Source: Deltaproteobacteria bacterium
GTDB taxonomy: Bacteria > Desulfobacterota > GWC2-55-46 > JADFVP01
Assembly: GCA_024275045.1 (NCBI GenBank)
Contig: JAJRZX010000036.1
Location: forward strand, 19,615-83,614
DNA: 64,000 bases
Direction: 5' to 3'
In this document: one piece after another, positions 53,481-63,255 of the stretch
How the letters are laid out: every line of letters starts with the position of its first letter
How positions within the stretch are numbered: position 1 is the first letter of the stretch
Notes under the pieces: model-generated
What the model saw: only the letters and a program-made list of their open reading frames with translations
Databases searched by the model: none
Told to the model about the DNA's origin: nothing
Position numbers and translations under genes: made by a program

Positions 53481-54905
53481 GTGAGAGTAGAGATTGACAG
53501 AAGACCGATATGGGTAATTCTCGCCGGCAAGGCGCTGAGACCTGTTTTCTTTCTCTTGCTTGCACTGGGGTTTATCCTCTTTCTTCAGCTTCCCGTGCCT
53601 GAGGGCCTTGGGACAGGGGGGATGAGGGCAATAGCTGTTTTTTTGCTATGCCTCGTGCTCTGGGTCTCAAACGCAGTGCCCGTGGCTATTACCGGGCTCT
53701 TTGCCATAGTGCTTGTCCCGCTCCTCGGGGTGCTGCCGCGCGGGGCCACGTACTCGCTATTTGGCAATGAGGCAGTGTTTTTTATACTGGGGGCCTTTAT
53801 ACTCTCAGGCGCGGTCATGCAGTCAGGGCTCTCGAACAGAGTGGCCCTGCGCCTCATGGAGAAGCACGGCGGGTCTCCGAAACGCCTTATAATAAGCATT
53901 TTTTTGCTTGCAGCGGCCCTCTCGTTTGTTATGAGCGAGCATGCCGTTGCGGCCATGCTCTTTCCCATTGTGCTTGAGATATCAAAGAGTCTGAAACTCA
54001 GGCCCGGCGAGTCCAATTACGGAAAGCTCCTCTTCTTCGCCCTTGCCTGGGGTTCTGTCATAGGCGGGGTTGGGACTTTTCTTGGCGGAGCGCGTGTGCC
54101 GCTGGCAATGGGAATACTCAAAGAAACAACGGGCTCTACCATAGGTTTTTTGGATTATACCGTGGCCGTGGCGCCCCTTGTGGTGGTCCTCTTAATCGTG
54201 GGGTATATCGTGCTGACGAGGTTTTTTCCCGTTGATATCGATGGTGTGGAGAACGCCCACAAGGTAATCGTGAGGCGCGCGCGGGCCCTTGGAAAGGTAC
54301 GCCCAAGAGAGTACGCCGTTGGTTTAATACTTGGCATTACCATATTGCTCTGGATAACAATCGGCAAGACCGTAGGGCTTGCCGCCATTGCCATGTTATC
54401 TGTTATGGCCCTATTTGTCCTTAAACTCGTAAAATGGCGCGAGATTGAGGAGTACGTGAACTGGGGCATAATACTCATGTACGGCGGCGCCATTATACTC
54501 GGCACTGCCCTTGACAGGAGCGGCGCCGCAAAGTGGATGGTAGACGCCATTATGACGCAGTGGGCTCAGACGCCCATAACGGTTATAGCCCTCTTCTCGC
54601 TCCTGGCAATACTGCTAACAGAGTCCATGAGCAACGCCGCGGTTATCGCTGTTCTGCTGCCCGTGAGCATTGGCATGGCGGGCCGTACCAATATGAGCCC
54701 CGAGGTCCTTACCTATGTGGTGGCCATTCCCGCGGGGCTGGCCTTTATGCTGCCCATGAGTACCCCGGCTAACGCCATTGCCGTATCAAGCGATTACATA
54801 TCGGTTCGTGATATGGCAAAGGGCGGGGTGATAATGTTTTTAACCTCCTGGGTTACATTTAACCTCATGGCGCACTTTTATTGGCCCCTCATAGGGCTGA
54901 GATAG
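53481..54905 (+). CDS. DASS/SLC13-family (ArsB/NhaD-fold) anion transporter, plausibly a sulfate permease
   Basis: 474 aa with about 12-14 TM helices and an internal-repeat architecture typical of CitT/SLC13. It sits in the sulfate-assimilation context. Confidence 0.7.
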   Translation: MRVEIDRRPIWVILAGKALRPVFFLLLALGFILFLQLPVPEGLGTGGMRAIAVFLLCLVLWVSNAVPVAITGLFAIVLVPLLGVLPRGATYSLFGNEAVFFILGAFILSGAVMQSGLSNRVALRLMEKHGGSPKRLIISIFLLAAALSFVMSEHAVAAMLFPIVLEISKSLKLRPGESNYGKLLFFALAWGSVIGGVGTFLGGARVPLAMGILKETTGSTIGFLDYTVAVAPLVVVLLIVGYIVLTRFFPVDIDGVENAHKVIVRRARALGKVRPREYAVGLILGITILLWITIGKTVGLAAIAMLSVMALFVLKLVKWREIEEYVNWGIILMYGGAIILGTALDRSGAAKWMVDAIMTQWAQTPITVIALFSLLAILLTESMSNAAVIAVLLPVSIGMAGRTNMSPEVLTYVVAIPAGLAFMLPMSTPANAIAVSSDYISVRDMAKGGVIMFLTSWVTFNLMAHFYWPLIGLR

Positions 54906-54988
54906 GTCTGTACTTTAAATAGGCGGGTTTATGCAAAATAATGGTAATAAACCCGCCATTTTGGTTTACGAACTCATTTAATTAGGTT

Positions 54989-55459
54989 ATGATGACCAAT
55001 ACTAAGATACTGCTTGTTTTATCCACTCATGTGTACTCTGATAAGGCCATTGAGTACGCCGTCAGGCGGGCCAGGGAGGAAGAGAGGCAGCTTGTAGCTT
55101 TTTTTCTTCTTGAGTCTGAGCTTGCCGAGGAGGCGTCTGAGAGGTTCTCGGACATTGGTTTTACAGGCGACAGGCCCTCGGCCACATTATCTGAGTCTCT
55201 TATGCGCGAGTACCGGCAGAGGGGGTATGAGGCCCTTGGCAGGGCGCAGATAAAGGCCATGGAGGATGGTGTGGACTTTGAGCCTCTGTTAAAAGAGGGG
55301 CCTTATGTATCTACCATACTTGAGGTAATAAGGGCACACGGTATAGGTCTTACCGTTATACAGAGGCGAAAGGAGAGGTCCTTTCTGCATTACTTTAAAA
55401 AAGGTTTATCCGTAAAGGTTAAAGAGGCGGCTTCATGCGAGGTCGTTATCATCGAGTAA
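54989..55459 (+). CDS. UspA-like alpha/beta domain protein (ATP-motif-less)
   Basis: 156 aa with weak USP-like periodicity. No glycine-rich ATP loop. Confidence 0.3.
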   Translation: MMTNTKILLVLSTHVYSDKAIEYAVRRAREEERQLVAFFLLESELAEEASERFSDIGFTGDRPSATLSESLMREYRQRGYEALGRAQIKAMEDGVDFEPLLKEGPYVSTILEVIRAHGIGLTVIQRRKERSFLHYFKKGLSVKVKEAASCEVVIIE

Positions 55460-55486
55460 ATACAAGCTGAATAAAGGGAGGTAGAG

Positions 55487-56191
55487 ATGGCAGGAAAGCA
55501 GTGGAGTGAAGAAGAACTTAAGGCAGTATCCGATGAGCTTGAAGATAAGGGACCCCAGGCCGCCATTCAATGGGCTGTGGATAATTTCGATACACAGGAC
55601 TTATCTCTTGCCTGTAGTTTCGGCGCCGAGGACGTTGCTCTTGTGGATATGCTTGTGAAGATAAAACCTGATGCAAGGATTTTTTATCTTGATACAAATA
55701 AGCTCTTCAAGGAGACCATTGATGTAATGGAGCGCCTTAAAGAGAGGTACAATATTAACCCTGAGAAGTATACCTCAAAGATGAGCCTTGCCGAGCAGGC
55801 CGCCGAGTTCGGCGATGAGCTCTGGGCAAAGGATCCGAAGAAGTGCTGCGACATAAGAAAGATAACACCTCTTAAAGAAGCTCTCTCAGGGCTTAGTGCC
55901 TGGATTACCGGTATAAGAAGGGATCAGGCACCGGCAAGGGCCAACGCCCCTGTAGTTGGCTGGGACGCCATGTTCAACCTTGTGAAGATAAACCCGCTGG
56001 TAAAGTGGACGAGCGAGGATGTGTGGGATTATATCCGCGCCAATAACGTGCCTTACAATGAGCTTCATGACAAGAATTACCCCTCAATAGGCTGTGAGCC
56101 ATGCACCAATGAGGTGAAGCCAGGCGAGGACCCAAGGGCCGGAAGATGGGCCGGATTTAAGAAGACAGAGTGCGGACTTCACGACAAGTAA
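55487..56191 (+). CDS. cysH: Assimilatory adenylyl-sulfate (APS) reductase, Fe-S type (CysH family)
   Basis: The PAPS_reduct fold plus a Cys-Cys pair (KKCCDIRK) and C-x2-C (GCEPCT) for the [4Fe-4S] cluster. The C-terminal ECGLH carries the catalytic Cys. Confidence 0.85.
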   Translation: MAGKQWSEEELKAVSDELEDKGPQAAIQWAVDNFDTQDLSLACSFGAEDVALVDMLVKIKPDARIFYLDTNKLFKETIDVMERLKERYNINPEKYTSKMSLAEQAAEFGDELWAKDPKKCCDIRKITPLKEALSGLSAWITGIRRDQAPARANAPVVGWDAMFNLVKINPLVKWTSEDVWDYIRANNVPYNELHDKNYPSIGCEPCTNEVKPGEDPRAGRWAGFKKTECGLHDK

Positions 56192-56284
56192 TCGTAAGAA
56201 CGCCTGTGAGGTAATTGCGGAAGCATAGTGATTAATATAACTTTATCTCTTGCAACTAAACAGTCTTAGGGAGGATTTTCAAAG

Positions 56285-57448
56285 GTGGATACATTAATCG
56301 CCCCTCATGGCGGGGTGCTTATAAACAGGGTCGTAGAGGGTAAGGCCCGTCTTGATCTGGAAAAAGCCTCGATAAATATGAACACCCTTGTTCTTAATGA
56401 GAGGGAGATCTCAGACCTTGAGATGATAGCAACAGGCGGTTTCAGCCCTCTTGCCGGTTTTATGTGTCACGATGATTATCACTCTGTGATGGATACCATG
56501 ACGCTCACTAATGGTCTGCCCTGGACCATACCTGTTACTCTCTCTGCCACAGAGGCAGAGGCGGCTGAGCTGAGAGAGGGTACGGACGTGGCCCTTAATA
56601 ACGAGAACGGCGAGCTTCTGGCCATCCTTCATCTTGAGCAGATATTCAAGCACGACCCTGAGAAAGAGGCCCTTCGCGTTTACGGAACCCCTGATGAGGC
56701 ACACCCAGGTGTGAAAAACGTCTATGCAATGGGCTCCCAACTCCTTGGCGGCAAGATATCTCTGCTTGAGCGTACCGAGTATGACCAGTTTAACGAGTAC
56801 CGCAGAGACCCCATTGAGACAAGGCAGCTCTTTAAGAAGAACGGCTGGCGCCGCGTTGTGGGTTTTCAGACCAGAAACCCCATACACAGGGCCCATGAGT
56901 ACATTCAAAAATGCGCGCTTGAGACAGTTGACGGTCTGATGATACATCCTCTTGTAGGCGAGACAAAGTCCGATGATATACCCGCGGATGTGCGTATGAA
57001 CTGCTACGAGACGCTTATGGCCAAGTACTATCCAGCCGACAGGGTGGTGCTCTCCGTATATCCCGCGGCCATGCGCTACGCAGGGCCCCGCGAGGCTGTC
57101 TTTCACGCACTTATACGCAAGAACTACGGATGCACCCACTTTATCGTTGGCAGAGACCATGCTGGCGTAGGCGGCTACTACGGAACCTTTGACGCTCATC
57201 TTATATTTAACAAGTTTGAGCCCGAGGCCATAGGCATAGCCCCCATGTTCTTTGATTATACCTTTCACTGCAAGAGTTGCGGCGGCATGGCCTCGTACAA
57301 GACATGCCCCCATGATTCGTCTGAGCACATTACCTTATCAGGCACAAAGGTGCGGGAGATGCTGAGGGCCGGCACGTGTCCGCCGCCCGAGTTCTCAAGG
57401 CCCGAGGTTGCAGAGGTCCTTATTAAGGCCATGAAATCCGGCGCATAA
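56285..57448 (+). CDS. sat: Sulfate adenylyltransferase (ATP sulfurylase)
   Basis: QTRN...H motif ([13 protein letters not shown]), a PUA-like N-domain and GRDHAG. A GTG start is assumed. Confidence 0.9.
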   Translation: MDTLIAPHGGVLINRVVEGKARLDLEKASINMNTLVLNEREISDLEMIATGGFSPLAGFMCHDDYHSVMDTMTLTNGLPWTIPVTLSATEAEAAELREGTDVALNNENGELLAILHLEQIFKHDPEKEALRVYGTPDEAHPGVKNVYAMGSQLLGGKISLLERTEYDQFNEYRRDPIETRQLFKKNGWRRVVGFQTRNPIHRAHEYIQKCALETVDGLMIHPLVGETKSDDIPADVRMNCYETLMAKYYPADRVVLSVYPAAMRYAGPREAVFHALIRKNYGCTHFIVGRDHAGVGGYYGTFDAHLIFNKFEPEAIGIAPMFFDYTFHCKSCGGMASYKTCPHDSSEHITLSGTKVREMLRAGTCPPPEFSRPEVAEVLIKAMKSGA

Positions 57449-57608
57449 GGGAGTTCATGCCGTGGTACCCGGCAGCTCCCCCGTGGGGCTGCCAGTGGTA
57501 TTGCACAAGCTGAGAGAATACCTGCAGGCAAGCGGTGCCGAGAGGCAAATAAAGTGATTGCCTGCTCCGTTACCGGCAGTTCAGCGAGCACAATTCAATA
57601 TATGTGAG

Positions 57609-57643
57609 AGGAGGGGGGTGATTAGCCCCCTTCCTTTTTTTTT
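57609..57643 (+). terminator. Rho-independent terminator downstream of sat
   Basis: A G/C stem (GGAGGGGGG...GCCCCCTTCC) followed by T9. Confidence 0.6.
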
Positions 57644-57987
57644 ACCCTTTTAAACTCATCCCTGGGGTTTTTTTGTGGATTTTCTCTCTCATCTATTACC
57701 CTCAGATGAGCCGCTCCCGCGTAAAAACCTTCTTTTTTCTTTAACTTATTGTTTTCCTCTTAATTTTGCTGTTAATATTACTCTTATGTTATATGATAAG
57801 TTATATTTGTTCTTCTATCTGAAGGCGGAACCTTATTTATATGGTTTTAAGGCTCTATGGGACCTCATGGGAAGAGGGGGGGAAGCAGGCAGGCAGAGAA
57901 TTTTTGTATATGATTCAGAGAGAGCAGAGGGGGGCATATGGCGGCAGTGCGCTCACATTTTTATAAGTCAGGGGCATATTATCTCTT

Positions 57988-58761
57988 ATGATTCGAGATG
58001 GTCTCCGCCTCCTTGGGCTTATACTCATTTCACTGCTTTTGTTCACGGGCTGCGGCGCTACACACGGGGCATATTATATCTCTCCAAACCCCTACTCACC
58101 GATTCGTACTGTTGCCGTATTGCCCATATATAATGCCACTAATGACGTAGGCGGCGCAGAGCTGATACGAAAACAGGTATACGGCGAGTTTGTTTACAGG
58201 CATTACACTGTTATGCCCTTAGAGGACTCTGACCGCTTGCTTCGAGAGAAGATGGGCATTACGCTTGGCGGTCAATTAGGGTACACCACACCTCAGGCCG
58301 TGGCAAAAGCCCTTGGCGTAGATGGGCTTGTGTACGGGTATCTGCTGAATTTTGATGACATTATCACAGGTGTATATAATGTCAAAGAGGTGAGGGCGGG
58401 TTTTAAACTGATTGAGGGTACTACGGGAGATGTGCTCTGGGCCAGAGGGGCCGGTGTTAAGAGCTTTTATGTGGGCGGCAAAGCAGGTACGGCCCTTACC
58501 TTACTTAAGGAGATTGGTTCAGGGTCTGAAGTGCCATCGGGCATGAAGGGGATTTCAGATATACCCGGCCTTGACCGCTGGTATATAATCAGGGTAATAC
58601 CGCTTAGAAAGCTGGAGGAGGCCGCTGTACTCTCCATTGGAGAGGAAATTATAACAAGTATATTCCGCGCTCATCTGAAGTTTGAGACTAACGCCTTACT
58701 GCGGAGAATTTTAAGAGCTCTGCCCGCAGGGCCGGGTAACCGTCCACGGGCCAGCGGCTGA
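57988..58761 (+). CDS. Lipoprotein of the CsgG/LpoB/DUF799 (TolB-N-like) superfamily
   Basis: Lipobox LFTGC, then VAVLPIYNATND...VDGLVYGYL...TGDVLW, the pattern of this superfamily. Confidence 0.45.
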   Translation: MIRDGLRLLGLILISLLLFTGCGATHGAYYISPNPYSPIRTVAVLPIYNATNDVGGAELIRKQVYGEFVYRHYTVMPLEDSDRLLREKMGITLGGQLGYTTPQAVAKALGVDGLVYGYLLNFDDIITGVYNVKEVRAGFKLIEGTTGDVLWARGAGVKSFYVGGKAGTALTLLKEIGSGSEVPSGMKGISDIPGLDRWYIIRVIPLRKLEEAAVLSIGEEIITSIFRAHLKFETNALLRRILRALPAGPGNRPRASG

Positions 58762-58803
58762 GAGTAGAGAGAGACGCAGTTTTATTAAAAAGGAGATTCC
58801 GCC

Positions 58804-59790
58804 ATGACTAATAGAAGATTAGGGACTTTTAAGGGGGCAGCCGTACCGGCGCTGCTCATCTTTGCCTTGTTTTTTATCCTTTCCGGGTGCAGCCCCAGTA
58901 TAAAGGGTTCAGTAAAGGACGATATCAGCCGTACAGGAGAGAGCGGGAGGCTTGAAAAAGAGGGTATTGATTACAGAGGCCCTGCGTATAACGTGGCTAT
59001 TATCGCTTTTAGGGACAAGACCCCGGGTAAGGCCCTTGGTGTTGCCAAGGCTGCCACGGAGATTCTGAGGACGCTTGTTAAACACGCTGGTCTTGAGCCT
59101 GTTGTGCTGCTGAAAGAAGACCTCCGTGAGCAAAAGGCTCTCACGCGTCTTCAGGACAAGGGACTGCTGAAAAAAGGCAAAAAAGACGTACGCGCGGGCT
59201 TTGAGGATGTGGATTTTAGAATCTCCGGCGCTGTTACCTCTTACTCCGAGGTTGAGGAGTCAAGCAACGTGCTGCTTACGCAGTCCAAGACCGTTATCTC
59301 AAGGGTTCAGGTGGATTACGCGCTTATAGACGTTGAGACAGGTAAAAGCCTTGTGGCTGATTCAGGGGCAGGGGAGTACAGAAAAAAAACAGGGGGCTTT
59401 CTTGGTCTTGGCTCAAAGTCTACCTTTGATATGAGCCTTCGTGACGGTGCGCTTCGAGATGCACTTACAAAGGCAATGACAAATATAGTGGCAAAGTTAA
59501 ACTCTCTGCCCTTTAGAGGCAGAGTGCTTGCCGTAGAGGGCGATACCCTCTATGTACGGGCAGGGACAAAGAGCAGGTTAAGCAAGGGTACGGTTCTGTC
59601 CGTATACAGCAGCGGTAAAGAGCTTGTAGACCCGGACACAGGCAGGGTTATCGGTCACGCGGAGTCTAAGATAGGCGAGGTCGTACTCGCATCGCATCAG
59701 GATGAGTCAATATCGCGCGCCACCATAAAAACAGGGAGCGGATTTAAGGTTGGTGATATTATCAGGACCGCTGATAAGGGCTCACGTTGA
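58804..59790 (+). CDS. CsgG-like outer-membrane lipoprotein (curli-type secretion channel family)
   Basis: Lipobox LSGC, then VAIIAFRDKT...DFRISGAVTSY...IDVETGKSLVA and a Gly-rich TM-hairpin-like segment (KTGGFLGLGSK). Confidence 0.55.
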   Translation: MTNRRLGTFKGAAVPALLIFALFFILSGCSPSIKGSVKDDISRTGESGRLEKEGIDYRGPAYNVAIIAFRDKTPGKALGVAKAATEILRTLVKHAGLEPVVLLKEDLREQKALTRLQDKGLLKKGKKDVRAGFEDVDFRISGAVTSYSEVEESSNVLLTQSKTVISRVQVDYALIDVETGKSLVADSGAGEYRKKTGGFLGLGSKSTFDMSLRDGALRDALTKAMTNIVAKLNSLPFRGRVLAVEGDTLYVRAGTKSRLSKGTVLSVYSSGKELVDPDTGRVIGHAESKIGEVVLASHQDESISRATIKTGSGFKVGDIIRTADKGSR

Positions 59791-59818
59791 GACCAAAAAA
59801 CGCGAAAAAGGGTAACTT

Positions 59819-61024
59819 ATGAACCTTATTAAGCCGGGGAGATATTTTTTTGTGCCTGCTCTGCTTCTTATAGCGGTACTTGTTTTTGCGGGCTGCGGGG
59901 GGCCGTCAAGGAAGTGCCTCTTGAAAGAGAGTAATATAAGCACAGAGTATTTTAACGGCATGGTTCATCTGGAGGAAAACAAGCCCGGTCTCGCAACAGG
60001 TATCTTCAATGGCATACTTGCCTGCGATAACCATTATTCCCCTGCCTATAGCGGACTTGCGGTTGCTTACGCGCAGGTAGCCGCCGCCGGGTTTAACCTA
60101 AACAACAAGTCCATTAACGCCTCATTAAGGGCACTTTATTACGCCAAAAAATATGCCTCAGGCAATGAGGATGATTTTAGGCGCAGCATTGCTGCTATTC
60201 GTGCCTATACAACTTATAAATCACCGGGCTGGTTCAGGAAGGTTGAGAACGAGTTCAGGCATGCCATGAAGACACGGGTTGAGCAGAGCAAGCTTGTCTA
60301 TTACGAGAGCAGCGATGCGGCATCGTACTTTATCGGTAATGCCTACTTTGATTCAGGGCGTATAGAGAACGCAATGGCAGAGTATAAGTCCCTGATTGAG
60401 GTGGATAAAGACGGCAGGTGGGGGCGCCTTGCACAGATCGCCTATAACAGGAGCGCTCTGATTTTAAGCAACATAGAACGGGCCGAGGGAGAGCCAAAGG
60501 TAGTGGTCCTTGCCTTTCGCAGTCGTCTTACAAGGGCCGAGGTTGCCGCTATACTCATCGGTGAGTTAAGGGTAGACAGGCTCCTGCAGTCCCATGAGGT
60601 GCAGCTGGGTGTGAGAGGTACGCCTGTGCCTGTTGATATACTTAAGAGCCCTTACAGGGCCGAGATAATGAAGATATTGAAATTAGGTATAAAGGGCCTT
60701 ACCTCCACCTATTCACGCCCCTCGTCTTCGTATCTTTTCAGACCCTTAAAGGTGGTCACCAGAAAAGACTATGCAATTATAATCGATGACATACAGCGCA
60801 GGCTCGCTGCCGGGCCTTCGGCCTTTTCCTTAATGGAGCGCAAGAAGCGGACCTTTGCCGATGTGCCACCAAAGGCGCCGTGGTATGAGGCGGTTATGAA
60901 TATTACAAGCCTTAATATTCTGGTCCCCCTTGACGGCAGAGAGTTCAGACCTTATGACAATCTTGACGGCCCTGATGCATTTAGCGCTGTAATGGGCCTG
61001 AAAGATGGTCTTGAGCCGCAGTAA
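59819..61024 (+). CDS. Lipoprotein with an N-terminal TPR-like region and C-terminal S-layer-homology (SLH) domains
   Basis: Lipobox FAGC. SLH signatures are ...LTRAEVAAIL..., ...F.P...VTRKDYA... and FADVPPKAPWYEAVMNITSLNILVPLDGREFRP. Confidence 0.5.
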   Translation: MNLIKPGRYFFVPALLLIAVLVFAGCGGPSRKCLLKESNISTEYFNGMVHLEENKPGLATGIFNGILACDNHYSPAYSGLAVAYAQVAAAGFNLNNKSINASLRALYYAKKYASGNEDDFRRSIAAIRAYTTYKSPGWFRKVENEFRHAMKTRVEQSKLVYYESSDAASYFIGNAYFDSGRIENAMAEYKSLIEVDKDGRWGRLAQIAYNRSALILSNIERAEGEPKVVVLAFRSRLTRAEVAAILIGELRVDRLLQSHEVQLGVRGTPVPVDILKSPYRAEIMKILKLGIKGLTSTYSRPSSSYLFRPLKVVTRKDYAIIIDDIQRRLAAGPSAFSLMERKKRTFADVPPKAPWYEAVMNITSLNILVPLDGREFRPYDNLDGPDAFSAVMGLKDGLEPQ

Positions 61025-61240
61025 AACCTGTTTTTCACCTCTATAACGGACTTTTTTCCTCTAAAACTCACTTACACCGTGTTTTTCTTCAGGTTTTTTA
61101 CAACCTCATGAAAAAAACAGTCTTTTCATGCCCTTATGGTGACCGTGGTCACACCGTGACTCTGTGCTTTTCAGTATACTTAGGCTGTCCGTTAGAGTAA
61201 GAGTTGTTCGTATTGAACTCACTACAGGAGGCAGGGAAGA

Positions 61241-61996
61241 ATGCGCAGACTTTTTACGGCAATCTTTGTCTTGGCAGCCACGTTTTTTATCAGTTCACAG
61301 GCTTACGCCCTTGTTGACATTGAGGCGAGATACTGGTTTACAAACCTTGACTCAAACGTAACTGCAACGAGCGGCACCGTAGTTGGAACGGACCTTAACC
61401 TTGTGAGCGACCTTGGTTTAGACGACCATGAGAGCTTCCCGGAGGCGCGCATAACCCTTGAACTTGGCAATCACAGCTTTCGTTACGCCTACCTTCCGCT
61501 CTCATGGAGCGGTGAGACCGTTACAGATACCACTATAACCTTTGCAGGCAAGACCTATCCCGTCTTCTCAGCCGTCTCCACTGACGTGCAGGTAGATTAT
61601 CACCGCTTCAGCTACAGGTACGATCTTATCAACAAACTCAATAACCGCCTTGGCATTATCGTTGAGGTAAAATACCTTGACGGCAGGGTGAACCTTAAGG
61701 ACGCTGCCTTTGGTCTTGATGAGTCCACGCGTTTACAGATACCCATACCTGCCGTTGGCATCGGCGGACAGCTGGCCATACCTTTTCTTGCCAATATCAG
61801 GGCTGAGATTACAGGTATGAGCCTTGGGTCAATGGCCTATGTTGTTGACGGTGAGGCTAATGTGGGCTTTCACCCGCTGCCATTTATAAACGTCTCAGCA
61901 GGGTACAGGTACTTGAAGTTTCATGTTGAGCAGAATGATGATACAGGAAGCGTAGCCTTAAGAGGCCCCTTTGTTACTGTATCCGCCAATTTTTAA
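61241..61996 (+). CDS. Outer-membrane beta-barrel protein (OmpW/OmpA-like small barrel)
   Basis: A signal peptide with AYA cleavage site, alternating amphipathic beta strands, and a C-terminal Phe. Confidence 0.5.
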   Translation: MRRLFTAIFVLAATFFISSQAYALVDIEARYWFTNLDSNVTATSGTVVGTDLNLVSDLGLDDHESFPEARITLELGNHSFRYAYLPLSWSGETVTDTTITFAGKTYPVFSAVSTDVQVDYHRFSYRYDLINKLNNRLGIIVEVKYLDGRVNLKDAAFGLDESTRLQIPIPAVGIGGQLAIPFLANIRAEITGMSLGSMAYVVDGEANVGFHPLPFINVSAGYRYLKFHVEQNDDTGSVALRGPFVTVSANF

Positions 61997-62115
61997 TCCC
62001 TTAACGCGGTTAATCTCGTCTTTACTTTTTACTTTCCCCCTCCTTCCATCACACACGGCACAGATTAATTCTCATAATTCTAAGACTCCAATAAGCGCCC
62101 CTCTTATTTTGCTTT

Positions 62116-63240
62116 ATGAGAGCGCATTGTTATGTTAAGTTTTTTTATAGTTTATCTTTCCTCATCCGGCGGATTTACGGTGAGGATTTTTTTCATAAGC
62201 ACAAAGGCGGTCTTGTCACGGCTTTGAAGGTGGTAAAAATTTTTAGGTTAAGAAAATGTTTTATACGTATTAAGTTTATACTTATTAAAAAGCCCTCTCG
62301 CTTTGGCAGGGTATTAACACTCTTTGTTCTTGTTCTTGTGCCCATGTTTTTTAACGGGTGTACGGTTTCAGAAAAAACTTCGGTAATAGAGGACTCTTTT
62401 TTTATAAAAAGAGCTGCTACAATAAGAGAGAGCGGTCATCTGGCCTATCTTGAGGGTGATTATCTAAGGTCTCTTTTAATGTACCGTGATGCATATGTGA
62501 TTGACAGCTCTTCCGGTACTCCGGGTGTACAGGTGGCAGACCTTATTGGCATGGGCAGGGCTTATACCGGTCTTGGCCGCATGAGTGAGGCGGAGCGTTT
62601 TATTACGAGATCCGTACAACTTGCTTTTGCCTCAAGAGATGAGAATAAGCTTGCAGATGCCTATGGTGCTCTTGCGGATTTTTACCTTAAAAAGGGTAAT
62701 ATCTCTCTTGCCGCTCTGAATATCAATGACGCGATACGTCTTCATGATTCACACTCAGCAGGGTACGCAGAGCTGTTAAACCTTGGGGGGCTTATTTATA
62801 TTAAAGCGGAGAGGATTGATGAGGCTGAGGCTGCTGTGCAGAAGGCCATTACCATAATCGGAAGAGCCGAAGGTAAACCATCTCATGTGCTGGCGGATTC
62901 CTACAGGGCCATGGGCAAGGTGCTTGCGGCAAAAGGTGAGAACAGAGAGGCCGGGCTTTATTTTACCAGGGCTTATGATATGGACACGTGGCTGGGTAAT
63001 GATAGAAAAAGGGCCCTTGACCTCTTTGGTCACGCAGTGATGCTCTTTGATTCGCAGCGTTACGGAGAGGCCGCTGAGAAGCTGAAGCTTTCATACAGGC
63101 TTAATATGAAGAGCGCTTTTATTGAGGGAGCAATCAGGGATATTGATAAACTTGTTGAAGTTTACATCGCCATGGGTGATAAAAGAAGTGAGTCTTATTA
63201 CCGCACCATGAGAGAGGCGGTACTCCGAGACAGCAGATGA
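62116..63240 (+). CDS. TPR-repeat protein, probably a lipoprotein. The true start is likely downstream of the ORF-track start, near ...LVLVPMFFNGC.
   Basis: Multiple TPR-like helical repeats (AYTGLGRMSEAERF, LADFYLKKGNISLA, etc.). Confidence 0.45.
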   Translation: MRAHCYVKFFYSLSFLIRRIYGEDFFHKHKGGLVTALKVVKIFRLRKCFIRIKFILIKKPSRFGRVLTLFVLVLVPMFFNGCTVSEKTSVIEDSFFIKRAATIRESGHLAYLEGDYLRSLLMYRDAYVIDSSSGTPGVQVADLIGMGRAYTGLGRMSEAERFITRSVQLAFASRDENKLADAYGALADFYLKKGNISLAALNINDAIRLHDSHSAGYAELLNLGGLIYIKAERIDEAEAAVQKAITIIGRAEGKPSHVLADSYRAMGKVLAAKGENREAGLYFTRAYDMDTWLGNDRKRALDLFGHAVMLFDSQRYGEAAEKLKLSYRLNMKSAFIEGAIRDIDKLVEVYIAMGDKRSESYYRTMREAVLRDSR

Positions 63241-63255
63241 GGTTACGTGTAGAGT

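Noticed and set aside
57675-58133. 152-aa ORF upstream of and overlapping the lipoprotein gene
   Set aside because: It lies in an AT-rich, promoter-like region, overlaps the well-supported lipoprotein ORF (signal peptide plus lipobox) in another frame, and has low-complexity composition. It is probably non-coding.
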